Numbered from the stretch's first letter, positions 23,422 through 34,311 are shown. The stretch: DNA of 64,000 bases from an uncultured Myxococcales bacterium (GCA_937910235.1 CALENB010000101.1:2098-66097), one strand, 5' to 3'. Translations and numbers: made by a program. Notes: generated from the sequence alone by a model not told the origin.

Positions 23422-26400
23422 TTAGATGCAGGTGTTCACCTTGCCGGGTGTACCCAGCTCGCGCAGCACACACTTCGGCTTGCCGGTTGCGCCGATGCGG
23501 AACAAGAAGCCGCCCTCGTACTCCAGCGAGAGCTTCAAGCACTTCGAGCCTGGCCAAGTCTTGCAGTTGGCGTCTGATCCACAGTCTGGCTGGCCCCAAT
23601 CGGTCTTGCTCTGGTCGAGGTTGCCTTGCCCAGCGAGCGCGCCATACGGGCACGTCGCCGCGACCCAGCAGTCGGCCTTGTCGTTGTCGAGGGTGGTCAG
23701 GCACGTCGGCTTGAGCATCATCGAGCCGCCAGCGGTCCACGGGCCATTGAGGGTCACCGAGTCGATCATTTTACCCACACCGTTGAGCAGCGAGATCGGC
23801 GTGCCGACCTTCGCCGCGATGTCGAAGAGTCCGCCCTGCGCGACGTCCTTCCAACCATAGCTCGCGCCGATGTCATTGCTCTGACTCGCCACACCGCGCG
23901 CCGCCACGACCGCATAGCCTTTCGCCGGAACCACGACGGCGCTGTACAGGCCTCCGCTCGTGATCTTGTGGCTCTTGGCGCCGCTCACCAACGTCCAGCC
24001 GTTGAGATCGACCGGCTGCGTCGTTGGGTTGTAGAGCTCAAACCACTGCCCGTCGCCGTCTTTCAGCGCCGTCGCGTCGGGCTGGATCTCGCTGAAGAGC
24101 ACGGTGCCAACCGGCGGAGCGATCGCCTCCTTCTTGCAAGCGTCGGTGCAGCCGTCGCCGGACTGCTTGTTGCCATCGTCGCACTCCTCACCGAGATTGG
24201 CCTCGACGAGACCGTTGCCGCACCCGGGCTTAGCCACACACACCTGACTCTTGCACCACATGCCGGTCGGCCCGCCGCCACAGACGGTATCGTCGGCCTT
24301 ACCCTTGCACGGATTGACACAGCTCGGGTTCGGTCCACCGGGCGAGCCAAAATCCCCCAAACCAAAGGTTTTCGCGCCGACGCACCACGCCGCCGGGTCG
24401 TCGTTGCCAATGCTGCTGTGGCTCTCTGAGGACAGGCTCATCGACTTGCCGGCCTGCACCGGATACGTCTTGGGGTCCCACTTGACCGCGTCGATCGTCG
24501 CGCCGGCCCAGAGCAGCGCGAGGTCGTCACCGAACGTAGGTGACAGCTGGATGTCCAGGCTCGCCACCTTGCCCTGGTACGCGTACGTCGCGGTCACACC
24601 GCCGTTCTGGGCTAGGTCGGTGCTGTACGCCATCACCAAGTACCCTTTCGACGGGACGATCAGCGCGCCAGCGGCGGTGATCTTGTGGACCTCGATGCCC
24701 GTGTTCTTGAGCGTCCAGCCGTTGATGTCGATGGCCTTGTCCGTGGTGTTGTAGACCTCAATCCACTGTCCCATCAGCCCAAACGCCTTCTGCGGCGACA
24801 ACATCAACTCGGTGAAGATGATCGACCCTGAGCCGTAGAACTCCTTCTTGCACTGGGCGTCGCAACCATCCCCCGGCAGCTTGTTGCCGTCGTCGCAGCC
24901 CTCGAAGGCGTCGAGCTTGTTGTTGCCACAGTCCTTGCTGTCGCACGCATCGCCGATGCCGTTGGTGTCCGCGTCCTTCTGGTCCGAATTCGGCACCTCT
25001 GGGCAGTTGTCGCAGGCGTCGCCAACCCCGTCGTAGTCGCTGTCCGCTTGACTCGGATCGGCCTTGAGCGGGCACACATCACAGGCGTCGCCGAGCTTGT
25101 CACCGTCCGTGTCGGTCTGCGCTTGATTGGCGAGGAAGGGGCAGTTGTCGACCGCGTTCATCACTTGGTCGTTGTCCTTGTCGCCGGTGGGCGGCACGCA
25201 GCTGGTGTTGGGCTGCCCGGGGGTGCCGTACAGCCCGGAGCTGCCAGCCATCGCTGACTGCGCATCGCACCAAAATGCGGCGTTGTTGTTGGCGAGCGTG
25301 TGCAATTTCGTCGGATCCAGCTGCCTGGAGAGGCCCTTCTGCGTGGTCGCGTTCCACGTCCACGTCACCCGATCGACCACGGCGTTGCTCAGCGGGTCGA
25401 TCAGCGTGACCGCGTCCGCTGTGAGGTCAAACGTCACCGACGGCTTGCCCGTGGCGGTGAAGGCATACTTCGGCGCGACCCCGCCATTGCTGGCGACGTT
25501 GCTGCTGTTGGCGAGCACCAAGTAGCCTTTCGCCGGCACCAAGAGCGCGCCGGCGACGCTGATCGTGTGCGAGAGTCCGGCGCCATTGGCCGCCTTGTCG
25601 ACCTTGATCTGCCAGCCGTTGATGCTCACATCGAACGAGCCCGGGTTGTAGAGCTCGATCCACTGCGGTGTCGCGGCGCTCGACCAGATCATCACCTCGC
25701 TGATCACGACGTTGCCCGCCTTCGGGAGCGCGGGTTGGCAGTTCTCGCAGCCATCGCCCGTGAGCTGATTGCCGTCATCGCACAGCTCGCCGAGGTCGAG
25801 CTCGCCATCGCTGCACACCGCCGGATCGCAGACGTCGCCCGAACCATCCCCGTCCTCGTCTTTCTGGTCGGGGTTGGCGAGGAGCTTACAGTTGTCGCAG
25901 ACGTCACCCAACGAGTCCTTGTCGCTGTCGGCTTGGTCTTTGTTCGCCACCTTCGGGCAGTTGTCGACGTCATCGAGCACCCCGTCGCCGTCGGCGTCCG
26001 GCGGCTTGGTGCAGGCCGTGTTGACCTTGCCTGGCGTGCCCTTATCGCCGCCAGGCAAGGGGGCGTCGGCGAGGCAGTAGTTCGCCCGATCGTCGTTGCC
26101 CGTCGTCGAGGTCTGCGTCGCGTCGAGGCTCAGCGCCCGACCAGCCGCGCCGTTGATGTCCCAGCTGGCGTCCCACAGCACCTGGTCGAGCACGATGGTC
26201 TGGCCGCTATACGTCACCTGCAGGATGACGGAGTCGCCAAAGTTGTTGAGCCCGAACTTCTTGTAGACGTAGTCGAGCTTCACGCCGCCGTTCACAGCCT
26301 GATCGCCGTTGTTGCCGAGCACCACGACGCCCTGGGGCGGCACTGTCAGCGGCGCGCAAGGGTGGATGACGTGCTTGTCGACGCCGGACACCTCGGCGAG

Positions 26401-26994
26401 CTCGAGACCGGCGAGGTTGATGACGGCGTCGCTCATGTTGCGCACCTCAAACCACTCCCCGACGTCATCTGCGACCGCGTTGGGGTTGATGAGCAGCTCG
26501 GTGATGACGAGATCGCCGACTTTGAGGCCGGGTTGCGGCGCTGGTGGCGCGCCCGTCGGCTCACAGCTCGGGACGCAGGCGCCGCTTGCGTTCGGTGCCG
26601 TCCCCGCGACGCAGCCGCAGGTGTGGCCGCCGTTGCCGTCCGCCGTACACACCGTCTTGTTCACAGCGGTGCAGGGATTGGGGCTGCACGGTCCGACCGC
26701 GTCCGCGACCGCCACGTCGGTGGTGGTCACGTCGAGCCCGCCGCTGTCGGAGAGACCCGCGTCGGCGCCACCGTCCAGCGCCGCGTCCGTGCCAGGGCCG
26801 GTGTCCGTAAAGAACGTCGGGACGTCTGCGTTCGCCCACGGGTTGAGGGGATCTTGGCCAGTCGTCGGCGCTGGCGTGCACGCGCCCAGCAGCAAGAGCA
26901 GCGCGAGGCCAAGCGCCAAAGTGCTGGCGCGGCAGGGACGCACGTCCTCACCGACCTGGGGATGCGAGGCAGCCATGTGTGGGCGGAAGTTCAC
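23422..26994 (-). CDS. Giant secreted lipoprotein with 3 lamin-tail domains, thrombospondin type-3 repeats and Myxococcus cysteine-rich repeats
   Basis: 1190 aa with a lipoprotein signal (LLLLLGAC). Three LTD modules are present (VVISEVMIWSSAATPQWIELYNPG; IIFTELMLSPQ...WIEVYNTT; VLFSEIQPDA...WFELYNPT). TSP3 D-x-D calcium motifs (DADGDGVLDDVDNCPKVANKDQADSD) and CDDGN..GDGC repeats are also present. Confidence 0.8.
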   Translation of the reverse strand: MNFRPHMAASHPQVGEDVRPCRASTLALGLALLLLLGACTPAPTTGQDPLNPWANADVPTFFTDTGPGTDAALDGGADAGLSDSGGLDVTTTDVAVADAVGPCSPNPCTAVNKTVCTADGNGGHTCGCVAGTAPNASGACVPSCEPTGAPPAPQPGLKVGDLVITELLINPNAVADDVGEWFEVRNMSDAVINLAGLELAEVSGVDKHVIHPCAPLTVPPQGVVVLGNNGDQAVNGGVKLDYVYKKFGLNNFGDSVILQVTYSGQTIVLDQVLWDASWDINGAAGRALSLDATQTSTTGNDDRANYCLADAPLPGGDKGTPGKVNTACTKPPDADGDGVLDDVDNCPKVANKDQADSDKDSLGDVCDNCKLLANPDQKDEDGDGSGDVCDPAVCSDGELDLGELCDDGNQLTGDGCENCQPALPKAGNVVISEVMIWSSAATPQWIELYNPGSFDVSINGWQIKVDKAANGAGLSHTISVAGALLVPAKGYLVLANSSNVASNGGVAPKYAFTATGKPSVTFDLTADAVTLIDPLSNAVVDRVTWTWNATTQKGLSRQLDPTKLHTLANNNAAFWCDAQSAMAGSSGLYGTPGQPNTSCVPPTGDKDNDQVMNAVDNCPFLANQAQTDTDGDKLGDACDVCPLKADPSQADSDYDGVGDACDNCPEVPNSDQKDADTNGIGDACDSKDCGNNKLDAFEGCDDGNKLPGDGCDAQCKKEFYGSGSIIFTELMLSPQKAFGLMGQWIEVYNTTDKAIDINGWTLKNTGIEVHKITAAGALIVPSKGYLVMAYSTDLAQNGGVTATYAYQGKVASLDIQLSPTFGDDLALLWAGATIDAVKWDPKTYPVQAGKSMSLSSESHSSIGNDDPAAWCVGAKTFGLGDFGSPGGPNPSCVNPCKGKADDTVCGGGPTGMWCKSQVCVAKPGCGNGLVEANLGEECDDGNKQSGDGCTDACKKEAIAPPVGTVLFSEIQPDATALKDGDGQWFELYNPTTQPVDLNGWTLVSGAKSHKITSGGLYSAVVVPAKGYAVVAARGVASQSNDIGASYGWKDVAQGGLFDIAAKVGTPISLLNGVGKMIDSVTLNGPWTAGGSMMLKPTCLTTLDNDKADCWVAATCPYGALAGQGNLDQSKTDWGQPDCGSDANCKTWPGSKCLKLSLEYEGGFLFRIGATGKPKCVLRELGTPGKVNTCI

Positions 26995-27027
26995 GCGCGC
27001 TCCGTTTTGAGCTGAAAGACTGGTTTT

Positions 27028-28815
27028 TCAGCGTTTTCGCCGCGCCTTTGGGCGGCGATGTGGCGTTGCTTTGCCGGTCTTGGCTTTCCTGGTCGACGCC
27101 TTGCCGCGTCCCGTCGCCCCCACCCGGGCGGGGTGCCGCTTCGGCGGCTTCTTGGGCTTCACGTTGCCTTTCGGCGGCGGCGGCGTCAGCTTGCCAGTCG
27201 GGTCGAGCAGATACGTCAGAAACTTGTCGTGCACCCGGCGGTACAGATAGGCAGGTCGTTTGACCTGATTGTAAAACAGCGCGAAGGCGTACCGGTGCCC
27301 CTCACCGCCGGCTCCCTTGCTGATGGCGTACCCAGCCAGCGCCGTGACATCATCCAAAGTGCCTGTCTTCGCGAAGATTTTTCCTCTCGTCGCCGGCGTC
27401 TTCAGGCGCCGTCGCAGTGTACCGTCCACGCCTCCGATCGCAAGCGTGCGCCGCCAGAGGTCGCCTTGTTTGCCGGCTTTGGCCATGGCTTGCAACAGCG
27501 CCACCACAGCGCTCGTCGTGACGCGGTTGACGTGGTAGAGCCCGGAACCATTACCAAGTCGCACCGTCTTCCAGTCGATGCCAGCGCCGCTGAGCGTCTG
27601 CTGCACCGCCGCTTCGCCCTTCGCACAGGTTCCCGGCGCGCCCTTGATGCGCTGACCGGCGAGCTTGAAGAAGGTCTCGGCGTAGCCATTGTGTGAGAAC
27701 TTGTTGCAGAAGCTCATCAGGTCAAAAACCGACTTCGAGGTGTGGCTCGCCACGACGCGCAGCGGCGCTTTTGGCGTGGCCGCCGGCAGCGAGCCAAAAC
27801 TCACCTTGCCGACGTCAACGCCGCGATCGCGCAGCATCCGCGCAAACGCGTGACCAGCGTGGAAGGCGGCGTTGTTGACGCGGCGACGACCGGCGACGAT
27901 CCGCTTACGCTGCAGGCCCATGACGCCGCGCACCACGACGATGGTCTTCTTGTTGGGGCCATCCTTGGTGGCGACCGTCAGCCCCCGCGCCTTGCCCTTC
28001 ACCATCTTGGCGGTGTTGTCGATCTCGATCGCGGCGCTCGGCGGCGTGATCACAACGGTGGGTCGTGCCCCCACCGCCGCGCCGCGCTCCACGCTGATGA
28101 CGATGGTGCCCTGGTCGACGTTCAGCGCGTCGATGGGCGCGCGATAGCTGGCGTCGGTGTGTTTCTCGGCGAAACCGCGCGGTAACAGGTTGTCGAAGAG
28201 CGAGCTGTCGACGATCAGATGAGATGCGCGCTTGACGCCGGCGTTCGCCACGCCATCCGCGAGCCGACCGAGGTCGGTCTTGTTGAGCGACGGATCACCC
28301 GCACCGACGATAATGAGGCGTTTGACCCGGCCAGACTTGACCGGCGTGGCGTGCACCCGGGTGACGAGGGTCTCAGCAAACGACAGCGCGTGCGCCGCGG
28401 CGGCGGTCGCAAAGAGCTTGCTGACCGACGCCGGCGTGAGGCCCTGAGCGCCGCTGAGGTCGAAGACCACGACGCCCGTATCCAGGTCGAGCACGGTGCC
28501 AAAGGCGACGTAGGTGCCGGGCGCGCTCGTGAGGATGGCCTTGAGCTTCGCCGCCGTTGGGGAGGCGACGACGACGTCATCCGTCCGTGGCTTGGGCGAG
28601 ACGGCGGGCGCCTGCGCGAGACCGACGTTGGGCGCCAGCAGGCCGACAACCAGGAGCCCGACCACCAGCAGCCCGGTCACCAGCGGTGCGACCACCCGCG
28701 GCGCGACGGGGCCGAGAAAGCGGCCTAGCAGCCGCGTCGTCGTAGAGACCGTCGATGGGTTTTTGCACTGCATCACACCTCGCAACCGACCCAACGCCGG
28801 CGTGTCGCTGCGCAT
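27028..28815 (-). CDS. dacB: D-alanyl-D-alanine carboxypeptidase/endopeptidase, PBP4 family (peptidase S13)
   Basis: SxxK active-site motif (PASVSKLF) and PBP4 architecture, with a basic KR-rich C-terminal tail. Confidence 0.8.
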   Translation of the reverse strand: MRSDTPALGRLRGVMQCKNPSTVSTTTRLLGRFLGPVAPRVVAPLVTGLLVVGLLVVGLLAPNVGLAQAPAVSPKPRTDDVVVASPTAAKLKAILTSAPGTYVAFGTVLDLDTGVVVFDLSGAQGLTPASVSKLFATAAAAHALSFAETLVTRVHATPVKSGRVKRLIIVGAGDPSLNKTDLGRLADGVANAGVKRASHLIVDSSLFDNLLPRGFAEKHTDASYRAPIDALNVDQGTIVISVERGAAVGARPTVVITPPSAAIEIDNTAKMVKGKARGLTVATKDGPNKKTIVVVRGVMGLQRKRIVAGRRRVNNAAFHAGHAFARMLRDRGVDVGKVSFGSLPAATPKAPLRVVASHTSKSVFDLMSFCNKFSHNGYAETFFKLAGQRIKGAPGTCAKGEAAVQQTLSGAGIDWKTVRLGNGSGLYHVNRVTTSAVVALLQAMAKAGKQGDLWRRTLAIGGVDGTLRRRLKTPATRGKIFAKTGTLDDVTALAGYAISKGAGGEGHRYAFALFYNQVKRPAYLYRRVHDKFLTYLLDPTGKLTPPPPKGNVKPKKPPKRHPARVGATGRGKASTRKAKTGKATPHRRPKARRKR

Positions 28816-28899
28816 GCTACCCGACGTCGGCGGGTGGAGGTAATTGTTGCGCGTTGTGCACCAGGGCGCACTGGGCGGCCACGGCGAACGCTGCGGCGA

Positions 28900-30801
28900 C
28901 TAGACCGCCCGTGTGCGCACCTCGACGGAGCCCGCGCGGGCCATCTCCACCAGGGTCGCCTGCAGACTGACGTTGCCCTGATAGTGGTTGGCCTCCAACC
29001 GACAGACGACATCGACGAGGTCGCCCGCCTGTGCGCCGCACGCCAGCAGACGCGCATCGCCAAATCCACCGACCCCGCGACGTCCCCACAGCGGCCGGTC
29101 ACTGTCACCCTCGACCAGCTTCGCCTTCAGCCATGCGCCACCCTCACCCACACGCCGCGCCTCCGCCAGAACGACACCGCGAAGCAAGAAGAGCGGCTTG
29201 CGGTTGCCCTTCCCGAAGGGCTCGAGCGCGTGCACCGCATCGACGAGATCGATGTGAAGCTCGGCGACGTTCAACTCAGCGTCGATCTGCAGCTCACGAA
29301 CACGCTCGGCCGGGGGCAAGACGTCGGCGACATGAGCCACCAACGCCGCTCGAAACGCGTCGATCCGGTCGGCGGGCAAGGTCAGGCCGGCGGCGAAGTA
29401 GTGGCCTCCGTAGCGGGTGAACAGACCGCCCGTGACTGCAGCGTCAACCGCGTCGAGCCCCGCCACGAGGTCGTATCCTGGGATCGATCGCCCCGAGCCG
29501 CGTGCGACGCCGGCGTCTATCCCCAGCACAAACGTCGGCACGTGGTAGCGATCCTTAAGGCGCGCGGCGACAATGCCGACCACGCCGCTGTGCCAGCCAT
29601 CGCCAACCACGACGACGGCGTGCTCCGTGCCGACCTGGCGCGCGGCTTCGGCCAAAGCGGCCTCCACGACTTCGCCCTGAATGCGACGACGTTTACCGTT
29701 CTCAAGCTCAACGCGCTCCGCCAATTCGGCCGCGTGTGTCGGGTCTTCAGTGGTCAACAGATCAAAAGCCGCGCGCGCGCTGGCGACCCGACCCGCGGCG
29801 TTGATGCGCGGTCCGAGCGCGAAGCCGACGTGGTCAGCGGCGACCTTGCCCTGCAGCCGGGCGCGCGTCGCTAAGGCCCGCACGCCGGGGCGTGTCGACT
29901 CACCCAGACGCCGCAGCCCATGCCACGCAAAGATCCGGTTCACGTGGCGCAGCGGCACCATGTCCGCGATGGTGCCCAACGCGGCGAGCTGCAGCAGATC
30001 GCCGAACCCAGGCACCGTCTCACGGGAGCTGTGACCAGCGGCCACCAGGGCGCGGCGCAGCGCTTGCACCAGCACCGTGGCCACACCCACGGCGCAGAGG
30101 CCGTCGTCGGGATAGTCACAGTCCTCGCGCCGCGGGTTCAGCAACGCCGTCACATCGGGCCGCTCGGCGCCGAGCAAGTGATGGTCGACGACGATGAAGT
30201 CGATGCCGCGCGCGCGCACCGCCGCGATGGCGGCGACGGCCTTGCTGCCACAGTCCACGCTGATGAAGAGCTGCACGCCCGCGTCGCAGAGCTCCTGCAG
30301 CCGCTCAGCGTGAAGACCATAGCCGTCGCGAAACCGGTCCGGCAGAAACACGGTCGGCGTTGCGCCAACACGGCGCAGATAGTCATGCATGAGCGCGGCC
30401 GCGCTGACCCCGTCCACGTCGTAATCACCGTAGACGCAGATCTGCTCACCGTCGATGACGGCGCGTGCGATGCGCTCGGCGGCGACACGCGCGTCGGCCA
30501 TCAACCAGGGATCTGGCAAGGAGGCGAGGCTCGGTTTGAGAAACCGGCGCGCCTCGTCGACGTCGCCGATGCCGCGATTTGCCAGCAATCGCGCGACCAA
30601 CGTCATGATCCCGCAGCCGGCAGCCAGCGTCTCGACCAACCCCGGCTCTGGCGCCAGCAGGATCCACTCGCTCAGGGCCAGTCCGGCAACGCCAGGCGCC
30701 GTGGTCACTGGCGCTGTGGCCACTGGCGCTATCGCACGTCGCACCACCGTCGCCGGCGGTGCACTACCAGGGCCGCCCAACCAGGGCTCATTTATCGTCA
30801 T
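28900..30801 (-). CDS. recJ: Single-stranded-DNA-specific exonuclease RecJ
   Basis: DHH motifs (ICVYGDYDVDGVSAAALM, FIVVDHH) and a DHHA1 region. Confidence 0.9.
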   Translation of the reverse strand: MTINEPWLGGPGSAPPATVVRRAIAPVATAPVTTAPGVAGLALSEWILLAPEPGLVETLAAGCGIMTLVARLLANRGIGDVDEARRFLKPSLASLPDPWLMADARVAAERIARAVIDGEQICVYGDYDVDGVSAAALMHDYLRRVGATPTVFLPDRFRDGYGLHAERLQELCDAGVQLFISVDCGSKAVAAIAAVRARGIDFIVVDHHLLGAERPDVTALLNPRREDCDYPDDGLCAVGVATVLVQALRRALVAAGHSSRETVPGFGDLLQLAALGTIADMVPLRHVNRIFAWHGLRRLGESTRPGVRALATRARLQGKVAADHVGFALGPRINAAGRVASARAAFDLLTTEDPTHAAELAERVELENGKRRRIQGEVVEAALAEAARQVGTEHAVVVVGDGWHSGVVGIVAARLKDRYHVPTFVLGIDAGVARGSGRSIPGYDLVAGLDAVDAAVTGGLFTRYGGHYFAAGLTLPADRIDAFRAALVAHVADVLPPAERVRELQIDAELNVAELHIDLVDAVHALEPFGKGNRKPLFLLRGVVLAEARRVGEGGAWLKAKLVEGDSDRPLWGRRGVGGFGDARLLACGAQAGDLVDVVCRLEANHYQGNVSLQATLVEMARAGSVEVRTRAV

Positions 30802-30981
30802 GTCGCCTCCTCACGCACGAATCCAGGTACAGGGCCCATAGGACGGGCTGTGACCATGCCAGCAACGGCGCGTGACGACAGCAGCCAAAAATGCGACCGG
30901 CCGACACCCAACGAGGGGCGCCGGCCGATGGCGCGAATCAACCTTGGCGGACAGGCGAGGCCTGCGGCCGAGGTGGCGATC

Positions 30982-32328
30982 CTAGGATCGAGCCAGCGTG
31001 GCCTCTGAGGCCTCCGTCTCAGCCTTTCGCTTCTCGAACGCGTTGTGCAACGTCAAGAAGAGCGGGCTAGCCACGAAGATCGAAGAGTACGTTCCGACGA
31101 CCACACCGATGCACATGGCGAAGGCGAAATCGCGAATCAGGCCGCCACCGAGCAGGAAGATGCTGATGACCGCGAGCAACGTCGTGACCGAGGTCAAGAT
31201 CGTGCGGCTCAGGGTGTTGCTGATGGCGTGGTTGATCACCGCCGTCATGGGCGCGTGGGGGTACTTGGCGATGGTCTCGCGAATGCGGTCGAAGACAACG
31301 ATGGTGTCATTGATCGAGTAACCCGCGATGGTCAGCACCGCCGCGATGATGGGCATCGTGAACTTGATCTGCGCAAGCGAGAAGCAGCCAATCACGACGA
31401 GCACGTCATGAGTCAAGGCGATGATGGCGCCAGGTGCGTAGCGCACGTCGAAACGCATCGTGATGTAGACGATGATGCCGAGCAGCGCGTAGAGGATGGC
31501 GACGAGGCCCTGGTTCATCATGTTGCCGGCGACGGATGGGCTGACCGAGGTCGACGACTGCACCGCGATGAACTTCTCGCCGTACTTCACCTTCATGACG
31601 GCCTCAAGCTTCGTCTTGAACTCCTCGATCGTCACCGTGTAGCGGGTGTCTGAGCGCTTCGCGAGCTCCTTGTCCATCTGGGCGGTGGCGTTGGCCTCGC
31701 GCTGCTTGATGACGTCGTCAGCGATGTCACCCTCTTCAGCTTCAAACATCTGCAGCGCGCGGAAGTTGTTGACCTCGATCTGGCGCTGGATGTCGGAGCT
31801 GCGCTTGAACTGGGGGTAACCAGCCGTCGTGAACAGCGTGTCGAGCTTCGTGTAGGTCTCGGTGATCTTGGCCGGCTCATTCAAGACGACGAAGAAGCGG
31901 TCCTCGCCCTCCTTGGCAACGTCCACCTGAGCGCCCGGAAAGGCGGTCTTCAGCTTGGTGATCAGCTCGTTCTTCTTGGCGTCGCTCACCAAGGACGTCA
32001 GCTCTGTGAGCAGCAAGAAGTCCTGTCGCTCGGCCGACGCGCCCGCGCCAGGATCGAAGTCCTGCACCTCGATCTGGCCTGCGTCGCTCAGCCCAGTCTC
32101 CTTCGTGACGAAGTCGTTGAGCAGCTCCCGCAGCTCCGCGCGCGCGATCTTGGCGTCCGGCTTGAACGCCACCACGATCTTCGTGCCGCCCTTAAAATCG
32201 ATGCCGCGGTTGAAACCGAGCACGGCGATCGAGATCAGGCTGATCAGGACGACCGTCGCGCTCAGACCGAAGAAGATCTGGCGGCGACCGATGAAATCAA
32301 TTGTGAGACCGGGCTTGATGAACTCCAT
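30982..32328 (-). CDS. secF: Protein translocase subunit SecF (extended form)
   Basis: N-terminal SecF signature (IDFIGRRQIFFGLSATVVLISLISIAV..GIDFKGGT) and the C-terminal SecD/F TM domain. It lies immediately downstream of secD. Confidence 0.88.
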   Translation of the reverse strand: MEFIKPGLTIDFIGRRQIFFGLSATVVLISLISIAVLGFNRGIDFKGGTKIVVAFKPDAKIARAELRELLNDFVTKETGLSDAGQIEVQDFDPGAGASAERQDFLLLTELTSLVSDAKKNELITKLKTAFPGAQVDVAKEGEDRFFVVLNEPAKITETYTKLDTLFTTAGYPQFKRSSDIQRQIEVNNFRALQMFEAEEGDIADDVIKQREANATAQMDKELAKRSDTRYTVTIEEFKTKLEAVMKVKYGEKFIAVQSSTSVSPSVAGNMMNQGLVAILYALLGIIVYITMRFDVRYAPGAIIALTHDVLVVIGCFSLAQIKFTMPIIAAVLTIAGYSINDTIVVFDRIRETIAKYPHAPMTAVINHAISNTLSRTILTSVTTLLAVISIFLLGGGLIRDFAFAMCIGVVVGTYSSIFVASPLFLTLHNAFEKRKAETEASEATLARS

Positions 32329-32475
32329 CTCGCGGCTCCTGTGTTGCTGGTGCGGGCCATGTGGCCGCTCACACCGCGGTGCGCCCCGAAGGGCTGGGTC
32401 TGAGGGTGTCGGCGCTTGTGTGCCGAAGCCTGTGACCGCTCACATCGGAGCGGCCGAGAAACGTACGAGCCGGGC

Positions 32476-34284
32476 CTAGATGGACAGTTCGTTGGTGATC
32501 TTGCCGCTGTCCAACAACCACGTGTAAATCATGCGCGTGACAACGATCGACGTGAACATCGAGCAGCCGATGCCGATGAGCAGGGTGACAGCGAAACCGT
32601 AGATGGGCCCGGTGGCGTACTGCATCAACACGAAACCAGCGATGGCGGTGGTGAGCTGGGCATCAAAGATGGTCCAGAACGCCTTGCCGTAGCCCAAGTC
32701 CAGCGCGTTGCGGACCGACTTGCCGCTGCGCAGCTCCTCTCGCACACGCTCGAAGATGAGCACGTTGGCGTCGAGCGCCATACCCACCGTCAACACGATG
32801 CCGGCCATGCCAGGCAGCGTCAGCGCGGCGTTGAAGCTCACCAAGCAGGCCAGGACCAAGGTCAAGTTGAAGAGCAACGCGACGTTGGCGATGATGCCTG
32901 CCTGACGGTAGTACACAATCATGAACAAGAACGCGAGGATGAAGCCAAGCGCGATGGAGAGGTAACCGGAGCGAACCGCGTCGCGGCCGAGGCTCGGGCC
33001 AACCGCGACGTCGTGCACCTTAATGACCGGGGCCTTGTATGCGCCGTTGTTCAGGACCGTCACAAGCGCGCGGGCCTCTTCCATCTGCTGCGCGACGCTC
33101 TGACCACCACCGAGGGTGATCTGCGCGCGACCGCCGCCGATTCGCTCATTGATGCGCGGCGCGCTGGAGACGTCACCGTCGAGCATGATCGCCATCAGGT
33201 TGCCGACGTTCTTCTCCGTCAGGTCGCCGAAGATGCTGGCGCCGCGGCTGTCGAACTCGAGGTTCACGACAGGCTCGCCTTTGTCGCCGTAGCCGAGGTT
33301 GGCGCGGGTGAGGTTGTCGCCCGTCAGCGGCGCGTTGGCCTGCAGGTTGTACGTGCGGTAGTAGCGATCCTTGATGGCGCCCGTTGACGGGTCCTTCTCC
33401 TCGACGAACTCGTAGCCGACCATGACGTCGTCAGGCAGCTTCACCGTCTTCACGAAGTTGATGATCTCGCTCTTACGCTGGCTACGCAGGAACGCACCAC
33501 GGCTGTCCGCGACCCACTCGAGGGTCTTCGCTTTGGCGACGTTGTCCTTCTTGTACTGCGCGACGGCGTCGCCCTGGGTGTCAAAGACCTTGGACTCCAG
33601 AACGACCATGCGGAACGTCAGCTGCGCGGCTTGGCCGATCTTCTCGCGGACCGTCTTCATCTGACGCTCGCTCAGGCCTGGCATCTGCACGTCAACGTCG
33701 GCATCACCGCTGCGGCGCACGTCAGGCTCAACGAGACCGAACGCGTCAACACGCTTGCGGATCACGTCGAGCGTCTGGTTGACGACCTCGGCCTTGATCT
33801 CCGCGACCGCCTTGTCCGAGAGGAACAAGGTCGCTTTCAGGCCGTCTTTCCGCAGCTGAAAGCGCGGATCGATGGTCTCGACCACAGTCGTGTCGAGCAG
33901 CGCTGCGTCAGCGGCGTCCTTGAACGTCACCTCCAAGGTCGTGAACAGCGTGCGCTTGACGTCGAACCGAGTCCGAGCGGCGAGGCGCTCCTCTTTGGTC
34001 AACGCAGCGGCGTCCTTGCCTTGCTTCTCGGCCCACTTGTCCACCAACCGCGAGCGCAACGTGTCGCGCAGCTTGTTGGTGTTGTCGTTGATCGCCTTCT
34101 TGTAATCGACCGTGTACTTCAGCTCCAAACCACCTTTAAGGTCGAGGCCGTAGTTAAGTTGATTGCTGAAGATTGAGGTGTAGGCGTCCGGCAGTCCGGG
34201 CACGAAGGTCGGGAGGACCTGTAGTACCGCGAGCACCGCGAGGCCAATCACCAGCCAGGTCTTCCAGTCACGCTTGTTGTTCAT
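32476..34284 (-). CDS. secD: Protein translocase subunit SecD
   Basis: 602 aa with the SecD periplasmic domain and C-terminal 6-TM region (NVALLFNLTLVLACL...). Confidence 0.9.
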   Translation of the reverse strand: MNNKRDWKTWLVIGLAVLAVLQVLPTFVPGLPDAYTSIFSNQLNYGLDLKGGLELKYTVDYKKAINDNTNKLRDTLRSRLVDKWAEKQGKDAAALTKEERLAARTRFDVKRTLFTTLEVTFKDAADAALLDTTVVETIDPRFQLRKDGLKATLFLSDKAVAEIKAEVVNQTLDVIRKRVDAFGLVEPDVRRSGDADVDVQMPGLSERQMKTVREKIGQAAQLTFRMVVLESKVFDTQGDAVAQYKKDNVAKAKTLEWVADSRGAFLRSQRKSEIINFVKTVKLPDDVMVGYEFVEEKDPSTGAIKDRYYRTYNLQANAPLTGDNLTRANLGYGDKGEPVVNLEFDSRGASIFGDLTEKNVGNLMAIMLDGDVSSAPRINERIGGGRAQITLGGGQSVAQQMEEARALVTVLNNGAYKAPVIKVHDVAVGPSLGRDAVRSGYLSIALGFILAFLFMIVYYRQAGIIANVALLFNLTLVLACLVSFNAALTLPGMAGIVLTVGMALDANVLIFERVREELRSGKSVRNALDLGYGKAFWTIFDAQLTTAIAGFVLMQYATGPIYGFAVTLLIGIGCSMFTSIVVTRMIYTWLLDSGKITNELSI

Positions 34285-34311
34285 CTCGGGAGTCTCCCAG
34301 GGATCTATTTG

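Noticed and set aside
25300-27015. 571-aa plus-strand ORF, and 1857..2688 / 20030..21115 / 21394..22404 / 55271..56590 style ORFs
   Set aside because: All are antisense or frame-shifted shadows of confidently assigned genes (the LTD protein, hutI, rpoD, the zinc-ribbon gene, the MFS gene), with no independent support.
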